A stretch of DNA of 64,000 bases from an uncultured Methanolobus sp. GTDB taxonomy: Archaea; Halobacteriota; Methanosarcinia; Methanosarcinales; Methanosarcinaceae. Each line of letters opens with the position of its first letter. The stretch's first letter is position 1. Where the stretch lies: positions 1,440,001 to 1,504,000 of the forward strand of contig OY776215.1 in NCBI GenBank assembly GCA_963675495.1, written 5' to 3'. Made by a program: the position numbers and the translations under genes. Positions 19,362 through 29,986 of the stretch are shown here, piece after piece. The notes beneath the pieces are model-generated. The model had not been told where the DNA came from. It ran no database searches and saw only the letters and a program-made list of their open reading frames with translations.

Positions 19362-21107
19362 ATGGACAAATACGAGCAGGTAATAGAACTGGCAAAACGT
19401 CGGGGATTTTTATGGAACTCTTTTGAACTTTATGGCGGAACCGCTGGATTTTACGATTACGGGCCCCTTGGAAGTACCCTAAAACGGAGAATCGAACAGA
19501 TATGGAGAGACACATATGTGGTCCAGGAAGGGTACATGGAGATCGAGGCACCAACTATTGGAATAGAAGAAGTATTCGTTGCATCCGGCCATGTTGGAGG
19601 ATTTTCAGATCCACTCTGTGAGTGTAAAAACTGTGGCGAGGCTTTCAGGGCAGACCATCTTGTGGACAAGATAGTAGCTGTTGCAGATGCACTCAGTAAC
19701 GAGGAACTTGACAGAGTTATCAGGGAAAACAACATAAGATGCCCTGAATGTGAAGGCGAACTTGGTGAACCATATGAATTCAACCTAATGTTCAAGACAG
19801 ACATAGGCCCAGGCTCCGGTAGACAGGGATACATGCGTCCTGAAACTGCACAGGGAATGTTCGTCGATTTCCTGAGACTTGCACGTTTTTACCGTGAAAA
19901 ACTCCCATTCGGTGCAACCCAGATTGGAAAATCATACCGTAATGAGATATCACCAAGACAGGGAGTCATCAGACTTCGAGAATTCACCCAGGCAGAAGCT
20001 GAGATATTCATTGACCCTAATGAGAAGAGACATTCCAACTTTAGCAGGTTTGCTGATACCGTGGTCAATCTCTATTCAGATGAAGCACAGGACAAGGGTG
20101 CAGTAGAGAAGATGACACTTGGTGAAGCTGTTGAGAATAGTATCATTGCACACGAATTCCTTGCTTATCAGATAGGACTTACCAATCATTTCCTTCAGCG
20201 CATAGGTGTTGCAGGTGACAAACTGAGATTCAGACAGCACAAGAAAGATGAGATGGCTCACTATGCTATTGACTGCTGGGATGCAGAGATCGAGACCGAC
20301 AGATTCGGATGGGTCGAAGTTGTCGGAATAGCAGACAGGACAGATTTTGACCTGAAGGCACATGCAGCAGTCAGCAAGACCGAACTTTCCATTTACAGAG
20401 AATATAGCGAACCTAAAATGGTTACCCAATTCGTAATCAAACCCAATATGGGCAAACTTGGACCACTCTTTAAAGGCAAGGCAAAAGCTGTGGCTGATGC
20501 ATTGAAGGCTCTGGGCCAGGAAGAGCTGGAACAGGACAACATCATAGTCATGGTTGACGGTGAAGAATTCACAGTTCCAAAAGATATCGTTGATTTTGCA
20601 GAAGAAACTGTAAAGATCAGCGGAGAGAACATCATCCCACACGTTATAGAACCTTCCTACGGCATTGACAGGATATTCTACTCTACAATGGAGCATGCTT
20701 TTGAAGAGGAGATGGTTGCCGGCAAAGAAGATTCCGAAGAAGAGGCAAGGATAGTGATGAGACTAAAGAAAGAGGTAGCTCCAGTACAGGTAGCCATCCT
20801 TCCACTCCTTACAAGAGAAGAACTCATCAATCCGGCAAAGGGCATTGAAGTACAGTTAAAACAGAAAGGACTGCTCGTATCATATGATGATTCCGGAACC
20901 ATCGGAAGACGTTACAGGAGAAACGATGAGATAGGTACGCCGTATTCTATCACCATCGACTACGATACACTTGAAGACAACACTGTGACCATAAGGGACA
21001 GGGACAGCATGAAACAGGTGCGTGCCCCAATTGAAGGAATAGCAGACCTTGTCTATGAAATGATTTACATGAACCGGGATTTTGAGAGTGCCGGAAAGGC
21101 ACTCTGA
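19362..21107 (+). CDS. glyS: Glycine--tRNA ligase (alpha2 type)
   Basis: Motifs RPETAQG, RNEISPRQGVIRLREF, IEPSYGIDR, IGRRY. Start placed at the ATG after a GAGG RBS. Confidence 0.96.
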   Translation: MDKYEQVIELAKRRGFLWNSFELYGGTAGFYDYGPLGSTLKRRIEQIWRDTYVVQEGYMEIEAPTIGIEEVFVASGHVGGFSDPLCECKNCGEAFRADHLVDKIVAVADALSNEELDRVIRENNIRCPECEGELGEPYEFNLMFKTDIGPGSGRQGYMRPETAQGMFVDFLRLARFYREKLPFGATQIGKSYRNEISPRQGVIRLREFTQAEAEIFIDPNEKRHSNFSRFADTVVNLYSDEAQDKGAVEKMTLGEAVENSIIAHEFLAYQIGLTNHFLQRIGVAGDKLRFRQHKKDEMAHYAIDCWDAEIETDRFGWVEVVGIADRTDFDLKAHAAVSKTELSIYREYSEPKMVTQFVIKPNMGKLGPLFKGKAKAVADALKALGQEELEQDNIIVMVDGEEFTVPKDIVDFAEETVKISGENIIPHVIEPSYGIDRIFYSTMEHAFEEEMVAGKEDSEEEARIVMRLKKEVAPVQVAILPLLTREELINPAKGIEVQLKQKGLLVSYDDSGTIGRRYRRNDEIGTPYSITIDYDTLEDNTVTIRDRDSMKQVRAPIEGIADLVYEMIYMNRDFESAGKAL

Positions 21108-21179
21108 ATACTTTCACCTTGCTTAGCTCAAGTTTAAAAGTGTAAAGAGTGTATATATGGCAAACCCAGAGCCATAAAT

Positions 21180-23447
21180 ATGCCAGAATATATCAAACAT
21201 CCTTTGATCAAAGCAGATGCCGTAGAGCAGCGACTGTATCAGCTTGACCTGGCAGGCAAGGCACTTGACACGTCCACACTGGTCGTACTTCCCACAGGCC
21301 TTGGCAAAACGATCATATCCCTGCTTGTAATGGCCTCCCGGCTTGAGAAATACGGCGGCAAAGTAATCGTGCTTTCACCTACAAAACCACTTGTTGAGCA
21401 GCATGCTTCTTTTTTCAAAAATGTTTTCAAACTTCCGGAAGAAGAGATTCTGACATTCACAGGCAGTGTGGGCCCAGCCAAAAGGGCAGACATGTGGAAA
21501 AAAGGAAAGGTTATCATTTCCACACCCCAGGTGATAGAAAATGACATACTGACAAAGAGAATAAGCCTTGATGACGTCACCCACATCACTTTTGATGAAG
21601 CTCACAGAGCCGTTGGCAATTACGCTTATACATACATCGCTGAAAAGTACTTTGAAACCGCAAAGAATCCCCTGTGCCTTGGAATTACGGCAAGTCCCGG
21701 AAGCAAAGATGAAAAGATAGCCGAGGTATGCGAGTCATTACATGTGGAATCAGTTGCTGTCAAAACAGAATCAGATAAAGATGTACTACCATACATACAT
21801 AAAAAAGAGATAGAATGGAAACGCATCAACCTGCCCGATGGCATGAAAGACATAAAGGATCTGCTTAACAAAGTGCTTGAGGACAGGTTCAAAAAACTCA
21901 CTGAGCATGGATACCCAATATACAACCAGAAATATGTCTCAAAAAAAGACCTTCTGGGTCTACAGGCAAAACTTCAGGGAGAATTAAGAGGCCTTCCCGA
22001 TTCTTCTGTCTACGGAGCAATATCAATACTCGCAGAGATCATGAAAGTGAACCATGCAGTCGAGATAGTAGAGACACAGGGCCTCGAATCACTGCGAATG
22101 TACATGGAAAGACTTGAAAATGAGGCTTACTCAAAAAGTGGTAGCAAGGCATCCAAACGTCTCGCTGAGGACCTTTACATCAGACAGGTAGCGCACCGGG
22201 TGAAAGACTGTGACCTTGAGCACCCCAAACTTGAGTATGTGAAGAGAATAGTTGTTGAAGAACTTGAGAACAAGCCACATTCCAGGGTGATAGTCTTCGC
22301 GAACTACCGCGACACTGCTGAGATGATCACAAATGAGCTCGCAGAGGTAGAAGGAATTCGTCCTGTGAGGTTTGTGGGTCAGGCATCGAAATACAAAGAT
22401 AAAGGCCTGACACAGAAGCAACAGGTAGAGATTATCGAACAGTTCAAGGCAGGAGATTATAACGTCCTTGTGGCAACTTCTGTTGCCGAGGAAGGACTTG
22501 ACATCCCATCCACAGATCTTGTCCTTTTTTACGAACCCATCCCTTCAGAGATAAGAAGCATCCAGAGGAAAGGCAGGACCGGAAGAAAGCACGAAGGACG
22601 TGTTGTCGTGCTGGTCACAAAGGGAACCCGAGATGAGGCATATTACTGGAGCAGCCTTTCCAGAGAAAAGAAGATGCAAAGCAATATGAAACAACTTCAG
22701 GAAGCTATGCCTGCAAGGAAAAATAATTCAATTACAAAGGAATTTGCAACTGACATACCTGATGAGGAACAGAAGACACTGTTCGAGTATGATGGTGAAA
22801 ACAAGAACATCAGAATAATCGTTGACCAGAGAGAGATACGCAGTTCAGTTGCCCGCAACCTTGACAGAAATGGTACTGAAATAATCGTTAAAACCCTTGA
22901 AGTCGGAGATTACATCCTTAGCGACCGCATAGCTGTTGAAAGGAAGGAGTCACAGGATTTTGTCAGTTCGCTCATAGATAAAAAACTCTTCGAGCAAATT
23001 GCGAATCTCTCCAGAGCGTATGAAAAACCAGTGCTTATCGTTGAAGGCGAAAGCCTGTTCAACTGCAGAGGAATAAATCCCAATGCAATTCATGGAACAT
23101 TGGCCTCAATATCCCTTGATTTCGGTGTTTCTTTATTCTACACCAGAGATGCAGAAGACACCGCAGCCCTCCTGTTACAGATAGCAAAACGTGAACAAGT
23201 AGATGAAAAAAGAGAAGTGAATATGCACGGGAAGAAATCTGCACTCATGTTGCCGCAACAACAGGAATATGTTATCTCATCGATATCAGACATTGGACCA
23301 AAGGCTGCGCGCAATCTGCTACAACATTTCAGCTCAGTAGAGAATATTATGAAAGCAGATTATGAAGAATTATTAAAAGTAGATAATATCGGACCAAAGA
23401 CCGCAGCCAAGATCAGAGAGATAGTTAGTAGCGAATATAAAAGATAA
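21180..23447 (+). CDS. hef: Hef (FANCM-like) DEAH helicase / ERCC4 nuclease
   Basis: Motifs PTGLGKT, DEAH, TASPG, QRKGRTGR, GDY...ERK...D nuclease site, C-terminal HhH. Confidence 0.94.
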   Translation: MPEYIKHPLIKADAVEQRLYQLDLAGKALDTSTLVVLPTGLGKTIISLLVMASRLEKYGGKVIVLSPTKPLVEQHASFFKNVFKLPEEEILTFTGSVGPAKRADMWKKGKVIISTPQVIENDILTKRISLDDVTHITFDEAHRAVGNYAYTYIAEKYFETAKNPLCLGITASPGSKDEKIAEVCESLHVESVAVKTESDKDVLPYIHKKEIEWKRINLPDGMKDIKDLLNKVLEDRFKKLTEHGYPIYNQKYVSKKDLLGLQAKLQGELRGLPDSSVYGAISILAEIMKVNHAVEIVETQGLESLRMYMERLENEAYSKSGSKASKRLAEDLYIRQVAHRVKDCDLEHPKLEYVKRIVVEELENKPHSRVIVFANYRDTAEMITNELAEVEGIRPVRFVGQASKYKDKGLTQKQQVEIIEQFKAGDYNVLVATSVAEEGLDIPSTDLVLFYEPIPSEIRSIQRKGRTGRKHEGRVVVLVTKGTRDEAYYWSSLSREKKMQSNMKQLQEAMPARKNNSITKEFATDIPDEEQKTLFEYDGENKNIRIIVDQREIRSSVARNLDRNGTEIIVKTLEVGDYILSDRIAVERKESQDFVSSLIDKKLFEQIANLSRAYEKPVLIVEGESLFNCRGINPNAIHGTLASISLDFGVSLFYTRDAEDTAALLLQIAKREQVDEKREVNMHGKKSALMLPQQQEYVISSISDIGPKAARNLLQHFSSVENIMKADYEELLKVDNIGPKTAAKIREIVSSEYKR

Positions 23448-23485
23448 AAAAATAAAGAAATGATCAATTTGATCTTATATCCACA

Positions 23486-23962
23486 TTATAATAAGCCACG
23501 CATTTTGGCCACTGTATCCATACAACGGCCGATCATGTCAAGATAATCAGTGATTTTCCTGACATCTTTTTCATCCTGCATCTCACTTGCCAGAGATATC
23601 ATCTTTTTAATCATCAGGGACTCAAGTTCAGGAACAGATAGCTGTACCGGAGCAACGGCATTCACCGGTTTTTCTTCCTGCACATTTGGACATGGAGATT
23701 GGTCAGAGATTGCCGCAACTGGAGTTTCCTTTTCTTTTATAGAAGATGGGGCAGTCATTGGAGATGAAGAGGTATCTGCAGTTGGAGGTGCTTGCATGCC
23801 CCTGCGTGGGTCACGAATATCCTCACAAACCGGACAAAGGACACGCCCCTGATAACGGAAGAGAGGAGCACCACAATTATCACACTGTTGGGCCAGCATT
23901 GTACCGCCAATTTCAAGCATCTTAGATATTTTCACTACATTATCATCATTAGTATTTGACAT
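23486..23962 (-). CDS. UPF0148 / SSSCA1-like zinc-ribbon protein
   Basis: GGTMLAQQCDNCGAPLF...CPVC. Confidence 0.85.
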   Translation of the reverse strand: MSNTNDDNVVKISKMLEIGGTMLAQQCDNCGAPLFRYQGRVLCPVCEDIRDPRRGMQAPPTADTSSSPMTAPSSIKEKETPVAAISDQSPCPNVQEEKPVNAVAPVQLSVPELESLMIKKMISLASEMQDEKDVRKITDYLDMIGRCMDTVAKMRGLL

Positions 23963-24080
23963 TTTATCTCCTCGTTTTTCAAAACATATATAGCAATGAA
24001 AGTCTTTTTATAGAATATAATTATTTAGGAGTTAATTAAGCAATCTTATTTTGATTTCAAGGTTATCAAGGTGATCCTAC

Positions 24081-24347
24081 ATGTCAAATTTTGAACAAGT
24101 TATTGATGAGTGCAAGCAGAAATTAGAGTATATCGCAAACGATAATTCAGTACCAAGGAATATAAGACGTTCTGCAAATGAAATTCTGGATACATTAAGC
24201 AAAAAGGATGAACCTCTCTTTTTGAGAACATCATCCAGCATATCCATTCTTGAAGACATAAGCAACGACCCTAACATCCCGGTCCATACAAGGACGCTCA
24301 TATGGGATGTTGCAAGCCAGCTCGAGACCATACCGGTCGACGAGTAG
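24081..24347 (+). CDS. UPF0147 family protein
   Basis: Motifs [23 protein letters not shown]. Confidence 0.9.
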   Translation: MSNFEQVIDECKQKLEYIANDNSVPRNIRRSANEILDTLSKKDEPLFLRTSSSISILEDISNDPNIPVHTRTLIWDVASQLETIPVDE

Positions 24348-24512
24348 GCAAGTACAGGAAGTAATAATTATTATTTCCTTTTTTAATCTTTTTTGTTTCT
24401 TACCTTCATTATAACACTTGCAGTAATCTATTTTGCATACATAATTGTCCGTTTTCACGCAAGCTTTCGAAAAAGTGTTTATACAAGGCTGCGAATGAAC
24501 TAAAGGATTGTA

Positions 24513-25148
24513 ATGATCAATAAAATTGCCAGCAGGATCAAGGACAATTTCGAGGAAAAAGATAAAGCAAGAGAGAGTACTTTATCGATTTCCAGAGATG
24601 TCGTGCGCAATTGCAGGACTGCAATGTACAGCATACATAACAAGGATTTCGAAAAAGCCAGCTCACTTATTAAAAAGGCTGCAGAGATGCTTGGTAAAAT
24701 AGACACTTTGCTCCAAAATTATCCTGACATATATTTTGCCGGATTTCTGGAACATGCACAACAGGAATTTGTAGAATGTACGATAGTTTACGGAATTCTC
24801 AACAAGGATGAGGAGAATAAAGCCACATCCGGACCTGAAGAACTCGATGTAAGCGATGTGGCATACCTGAACGGACTTGGGGATGTGAGCGGGGAACTCA
24901 GAAGACATATACTTGACCTTATTAGAAAAGGAACTCCAGAAGATGGAGAATCCCACCTTCAGCTGATGGAAGATATCCATAATTGTCTTATGATGTTTGA
25001 TTATCCGGATGCTATGACACATGGACTTCGCCACAAAACGGATACGACAAGATCCATTATAGAAAGAACCCGGGGAGACCTTACAAACGCGATACGCCAG
25101 CAAAAACTGGAAAAAGCTATGAAGGACTTTGAAAATCGGATAAATTAA
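24513..25148 (+). CDS. Translin/Trax (C3PO) family RNase
   Basis: Motifs RE...SR, QEFVE, YLNGLGDVSGELRR, LRHKTD. Confidence 0.88.
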   Translation: MINKIASRIKDNFEEKDKARESTLSISRDVVRNCRTAMYSIHNKDFEKASSLIKKAAEMLGKIDTLLQNYPDIYFAGFLEHAQQEFVECTIVYGILNKDEENKATSGPEELDVSDVAYLNGLGDVSGELRRHILDLIRKGTPEDGESHLQLMEDIHNCLMMFDYPDAMTHGLRHKTDTTRSIIERTRGDLTNAIRQQKLEKAMKDFENRIN

Positions 25149-25179
25149 ATTCATATTATTACTTTTACGAGGAAAATAC

Positions 25180-26799
25180 ATGAAATTCAATCCTGATGAT
25201 ATCAAGAAAGCAGCAAGCGAAGATTTTGACGCTGCGTGGAACACGGGGAAGGATTATATCAGTGAAACAAAACTGAATGATCAGTACCCACACATGACCC
25301 TCAAATACGGCAAACCGCACCCAGTATATGACACAATATCAAAACTTCGTGATGCGTACATGAGAATGGGATTTGAGGAAATGATGAACCCACTCATAGT
25401 AGATGAGAGAGAGGTTCACAAGCAATTCAGCCATGAGGCACTTGCTGTTCTTGACAGGTGCTTCTACCTTTCAGGACTTCCACGCCCCAATGTGGGAATA
25501 TCCGACGAACGTATCAGTAGTATCAGGCAAATTCTTGGTGATATCGATGATGAAGCCATTGAAACCATAAGGAAGATACTTCACGCATACAAGAAAGGAG
25601 ATGTGGAAGGAGACGACCTTGTTCCTGAGATCGCTGCCGGAATCAGTGTTTCTGATTCACTGATTGTTGAGATGATAGACCAGGTATTTCCCGAGTTCAA
25701 GGAACTCATACCCCAGGCAACAAAGAAGACACTTAGAAGTCACATGACATCAGGATGGTTCATCAGTCTTGCATCTGTCATCGAACGCGCAAATCCACCA
25801 TTCAATTTCTTCTCCATTGACCGTTGTTTCAGGAGAGAGCAAGCAGAAGATGCAGCACGTCTCATGACATACTACTCTGCATCCTGCGTCATAATGGATG
25901 AGAACGTAACCATAGACCATGGTAAAGCAGTTGCACAAGGTCTGTTATCTCAATTTGGTTTTGAAAAGTTCATGTTCAGACCTGACGAAAAGCGCAGCAA
26001 ATACTATGTACCTGACACACAGATAGAGGTCTTTGCCTATCATCCTAATCTGGTGGGTTCTAACACAAAATACTCCGATGGATGGATAGAGATAGCAACC
26101 TTTGGTATTTACTCGCCTACAGCCCTTTCACAGTACAATATACCCTGTCCTGTGATGAACCTCGGCCTTGGAGTTGAAAGACTGGCAATGATCCTCCACG
26201 ATGCGACTGACATCCGTTCACTTACTTACCCACAGATAACGCAATACTCTGAATGGAAGATGACCGATAATGAGCTTGCAAGGACGACATATGTGGAGAA
26301 TGTCCCTGAAACTGCCCAGGGCAAAGATATCGTAAAAGCAATTGTAGCGGTTTGTGAGGAATATGCGGCAACTCCAAGCCCATGTGAATTCCCTGCATGG
26401 GAAGGAACCATCAACGGAAAGACAGTAAAAGTGTCTGTCATCGAACCTGAGGAAGAGACAAAGCTCTGCGGACCTGCTGTGTTCAACGAAGTCGTTGCCT
26501 ATGAGAGTGACATTCTGGGAGTACCTGACAACAAGAAATGGAGAAAGGTACTTGAGAACCACTCCGCAAGAACAGGTGTCAGGTTCCTGGACGCATTTGC
26601 CTGCCAGGCTGCAAAGGATATCGAGGATGCCGTTACAAATGGTGAGAGTGAAGTTGAAACAAGGGTAAGGATAGTCAAGGTCCCTTCAGAGATCAACATT
26701 CGTCTTGAGCCTCTTGCACAGCGTTTCATTACCAGCAACAAAAAGAAGATAGACATTAGAGGACCTGTTTTTACAACCGTAAGAACAACTATTGAGTAG
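25180..26799 (+). CDS. sepS: O-phosphoserine--tRNA(Cys) ligase
   Basis: Motifs EALAVLDRCF, LRSHMTSGWF, DRCFRREQ, SKYY.PDTQ.EV, NLGLGVERLAM. Confidence 0.96.
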   Translation: MKFNPDDIKKAASEDFDAAWNTGKDYISETKLNDQYPHMTLKYGKPHPVYDTISKLRDAYMRMGFEEMMNPLIVDEREVHKQFSHEALAVLDRCFYLSGLPRPNVGISDERISSIRQILGDIDDEAIETIRKILHAYKKGDVEGDDLVPEIAAGISVSDSLIVEMIDQVFPEFKELIPQATKKTLRSHMTSGWFISLASVIERANPPFNFFSIDRCFRREQAEDAARLMTYYSASCVIMDENVTIDHGKAVAQGLLSQFGFEKFMFRPDEKRSKYYVPDTQIEVFAYHPNLVGSNTKYSDGWIEIATFGIYSPTALSQYNIPCPVMNLGLGVERLAMILHDATDIRSLTYPQITQYSEWKMTDNELARTTYVENVPETAQGKDIVKAIVAVCEEYAATPSPCEFPAWEGTINGKTVKVSVIEPEEETKLCGPAVFNEVVAYESDILGVPDNKKWRKVLENHSARTGVRFLDAFACQAAKDIEDAVTNGESEVETRVRIVKVPSEINIRLEPLAQRFITSNKKKIDIRGPVFTTVRTTIE

Positions 26800-26835
26800 A
26801 GTGAACTGAGTGAAATATTCGATGCTGGTGTCTGA

Positions 26836-27462
26836 ATGAACTCATGTAAATTCCCCAATATCGAATCACTTATGGACAATGGAGAGCCGGTGTGCATTAC
26901 ACTATCCGACGAGGATGCTGACACATCGGACCTTCTTTACTGCGAACTTATCCACAAAGCAAGACATGGAGAAGCATCCCTCATAAGTCATCAACGTTGC
27001 AGACCTGGGGATTACGTACTTGGGATCAGCGAGAACAGCCCTGCAGACTACTATTTGAAGTCAGGCAGATACAAAGATACTGAAGCCGCTGAAAAAGCAG
27101 CAAGCAATCTTCCCAGAATAAAAAAAGGATTTAAATCTTTAAGAATTGAGCCTTTGAAAGAGAACAAAGGAAAATTCGATGTACTTTTACTTTACTTAAA
27201 ACCGGAAAAGGCCATGAGGATAATACAGGCATATGCATATAATTATGGAGAAGGCATAACATCAAGATCCATCGGTGCTGCATCCATATGCGGAGATTGC
27301 ACAGCAAGACCACTTCACGAGGGAATTGGTATTTCTTATGGCTGCAAAGGTTCCAGAAAACATAGCATCTACGCTAATGAAGAAGTACCTTTAGGCATCG
27401 GCTGGGATTTAGTAAAAACAATAGAAGAGGGATTAAAAAATATCCCTGCAACATTTGAATGA
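26836..27462 (+). CDS. DUF169-like conserved protein
   Basis: Cys pattern YCE...RC...ICGDCTA...SYGCKGSR. Confidence 0.75.
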   Translation: MNSCKFPNIESLMDNGEPVCITLSDEDADTSDLLYCELIHKARHGEASLISHQRCRPGDYVLGISENSPADYYLKSGRYKDTEAAEKAASNLPRIKKGFKSLRIEPLKENKGKFDVLLLYLKPEKAMRIIQAYAYNYGEGITSRSIGAASICGDCTARPLHEGIGISYGCKGSRKHSIYANEEVPLGIGWDLVKTIEEGLKNIPATFE

Positions 27463-27471
27463 GTTTTTGTC

Positions 27472-27861
27472 TTATCTGGCATTGTAAAGCGGAATCTCTT
27501 CCGCATCGACCTTTGTGGTTTCACCTATTCTGTTGTTCAGAACTTTACGCACACGTGCAATGCACTTTGGGTCAAGCTGCAACCTTAGGCATGTAGTCTC
27601 ACGTTCTTCATAGTAAAGTTCATTGCTCTGTGTTATTCGATGAGTTGATATCTGATGTTTGACCAATTTCGCAATTATCCCCATACTTCCGCCTGTGACA
27701 TCTTCGGGACTTGTGTGAGTAAGTAATAACATATCCCCTACACTTGAATGCAGAGCAGCCATGAAATTATACGGGTTTCTTATTTCAATAGTCAGAAGCC
27801 TGTTTTGCCTTAGATCAGATATAACACGCTCAGATATTCCCGTTAAAGCAACATATTCCAT
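27472..27861 (-). CDS. DUF473-like conserved archaeal protein
   Basis: Motifs ALTGIS, TIEIRN, YYEERE. Confidence 0.7.
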   Translation of the reverse strand: MEYVALTGISERVISDLRQNRLLTIEIRNPYNFMAALHSSVGDMLLLTHTSPEDVTGGSMGIIAKLVKHQISTHRITQSNELYYEERETTCLRLQLDPKCIARVRKVLNNRIGETTKVDAEEIPLYNAR

Positions 27862-27865
27862 ATCA

Positions 27866-28627
27866 TCACCCGTACATAGGGAACTCTTTTCTTGGTCCGG
27901 CAGGCTGTTCAGTTGTTCTTACATCCTCAGCGAGCCGTTGCATTTCTATTTCTATCTTCTCAGCCTGTTCGATGAGACCTTCGGTGTCTATCTTGAAATC
28001 ATATAGAAGATTCAATACATCAATTACCACTGCTGCAGCCCTTGGATCGGGATTCTGACTCATGGTTGAACCAAGGAGACTTATTGCGGGCATTTTGCTT
28101 ACAAAGCATTCCCCCATAATACTGCCTGATATGCCGGAAATTGTACCCATCTGGAAAAGCTCCACTTTGTCCTTTATCCTTTCAAGCATTTCAAGGGTGG
28201 TCGCGGCACCAAAGACCTTGTGGTCTTCGCTCATGGTTGCAATACCTGCCAGAGAGATGATTTCCTTAACATTGATAGACTGTGCCCACTCAAGAAGCGC
28301 CTTGCTTATATCATAGGCTACCACCGGATTGATAGGTATGTCTGAGACGATCATGACCATGTTGTGTTCTACACTTTCGTATATCCTCACAGGCATATTT
28401 ATAAGTCCTTCATAAAGAACCGCGATTGGCGGGAAATGTCTTGAATCAATGGACCCCATATATTCCATTTTCAATTCATCGATAATCTGCTGGCTTGCAA
28501 TATTGCCTACAAGACCAATGCCCGGAAAACCCTCGATCAAAATCGGGTTTTCTGATTTTATATCTGCGGTTATGATCTTTACATTGTTATTATCATAATC
28601 TGTTACTGCCAAACTATCACCTTTCAA
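27866..28627 (-). CDS. PAC2-family proteasome assembly chaperone
   Basis: Motifs EGFPGIGLVGNIA, PVRIY, PDPRAAA. Confidence 0.9.
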   Translation of the reverse strand: MKGDSLAVTDYDNNNVKIITADIKSENPILIEGFPGIGLVGNIASQQIIDELKMEYMGSIDSRHFPPIAVLYEGLINMPVRIYESVEHNMVMIVSDIPINPVVAYDISKALLEWAQSINVKEIISLAGIATMSEDHKVFGAATTLEMLERIKDKVELFQMGTISGISGSIMGECFVSKMPAISLLGSTMSQNPDPRAAAVVIDVLNLLYDFKIDTEGLIEQAEKIEIEMQRLAEDVRTTEQPAGPRKEFPMYG

Positions 28628-28799
28628 AAATATGACTTACTAAACTCCCTTATATTAATATAACAGCCAGCTTATAGATAAGAGCATCGTTTGCCGACAT
28701 GAATAAATCTGTATTGTGATGGTAAGAACCGATTTCTTTACTGCAGTTATAGTGTTTTTCGCTTAGCATATTACGCAGTTGACCCTACAACCCATGTAA

Positions 28800-28857
28800 T
28801 GACTGAACAGTCACTCAATATGTTTAAATACTATTATATGTAATGACTGATTAGTCA
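28800..28857 (+). promoter_or_regulatory. Two palindromic operators flanking a TATA box upstream of the SDR operon
   Basis: TGACTGAACAGTCA (28800-28813), TTTAAATA (28823-28830), TGACTGATTAGTCA (28844-28857). Confidence 0.8.
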
Positions 28858-29004
28858 ATTTGGTTAACTCGAACAATCATATGCATAAACAAAAGGTGAA
28901 AAAATGAACGATATAGTCGAAAAAGACGGTATCACAATGGAAATGAATGGAATGATCAGAGTAAAATCAATTGAATACTAATTATAAATTAAGGGGTTTG
29001 CATT

Positions 29005-29958
29005 ATGACTAAGAATAAAAGATTTGGAAAGGAGGGCTGGACACCAGAGCGACTCGGTTCCCTCGCAGGCAAAACATATGTCATCACCGGTACAACTACC
29101 GGTACAGGATTTGAGGCAACGCGTGTGTTCCTGTCCAAAGGGGCAAAAGTGGTGATGCTGAATCGTAACGGAAATAAATCCGCTGCAGCCATTGCGAAAC
29201 TGAAACAGGAATTTGGTAGTAATGTTGACGTAACGTTCATTCACATGGATCTGTCAATGCTGGATTCAGTACGAAAAGCGGCAGCAGAAGTATTAGAAAA
29301 GGTTCCCCATATCGACGCGCTTATTTGCAATGCCGCTATCGCCCAGCTGGCTAAACGGGAGTTCACCATAGACGGCTTTGAATGTCATTTTGGTGTAAAC
29401 CATTACGGTCATTTCCTCCTGTGTGGATTACTCTTTGATCGAGTTGAAGAATCGAGAGGACGTATCGTGGTTGTGGGTAGTGCGGCGTATAAACTAGGCT
29501 TGAAGAAAATTCAGTTTGAAGATATCAATCTTGATAAAAATTACACTCCCTGGGATGCCTATGCTCATAGCAAACTAGCTGAGATGATGTCCGCCTATGA
29601 GTTGCAGCGCCGGGTGCAGGCTGCAGGCAAGAGTGTACAGGTTCAGGTTTGCCACCCAGGTGCGTCACGAACGGATCTGATCAAGGGTGAAAATGTCAGC
29701 CTATTCATGAAAATCCTTTGGAATCTATTCTTCTCTCCTATTGTCGCACAACCTGCAGAAAATGGTTCCTGGCCTGAAGTTATGTGTGCAACAGAAGATG
29801 GATTGGAGTTTCAAAAACTCTATGGTCCTACAAAAAGAGGAGAAACGGTTGGTCCGGTAGACGAATGTACGATTGCGGAGCTTGTACTGGATCAGGAAGT
29901 GGCAGCCAAACTCTGGACACTCTCTGAAGAAAATACCTCCTTTAGCTGGTCAGTGTAA
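29005..29958 (+). CDS. Short-chain dehydrogenase/reductase (retinol-DH/WWOX-like)
   Basis: Motifs TGTTTGTG, CNAA, GVNHYGHF, YAHSK, HPG. Confidence 0.92.
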   Translation: MTKNKRFGKEGWTPERLGSLAGKTYVITGTTTGTGFEATRVFLSKGAKVVMLNRNGNKSAAAIAKLKQEFGSNVDVTFIHMDLSMLDSVRKAAAEVLEKVPHIDALICNAAIAQLAKREFTIDGFECHFGVNHYGHFLLCGLLFDRVEESRGRIVVVGSAAYKLGLKKIQFEDINLDKNYTPWDAYAHSKLAEMMSAYELQRRVQAAGKSVQVQVCHPGASRTDLIKGENVSLFMKILWNLFFSPIVAQPAENGSWPEVMCATEDGLEFQKLYGPTKRGETVGPVDECTIAELVLDQEVAAKLWTLSEENTSFSWSV

Positions 29959-29986
29959 TTCGACATGAGAAGAAAGGTGATAAAAA

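Noticed and set aside
26797-26838. sepS amber stop followed by 11 in-frame codons, then TGA directly before the next ATG (pyrrolysine read-through fusion?)
   Set aside because: SepRS is already full length at the TAG, and the TGA blocks a fusion; chance explains it.
28768-28782. ATATTACGCAGTTGA, resembling a small mobile-element end, at the border of the accessory cluster
   Set aside because: I found no partner inverted copy or target duplication in the window.
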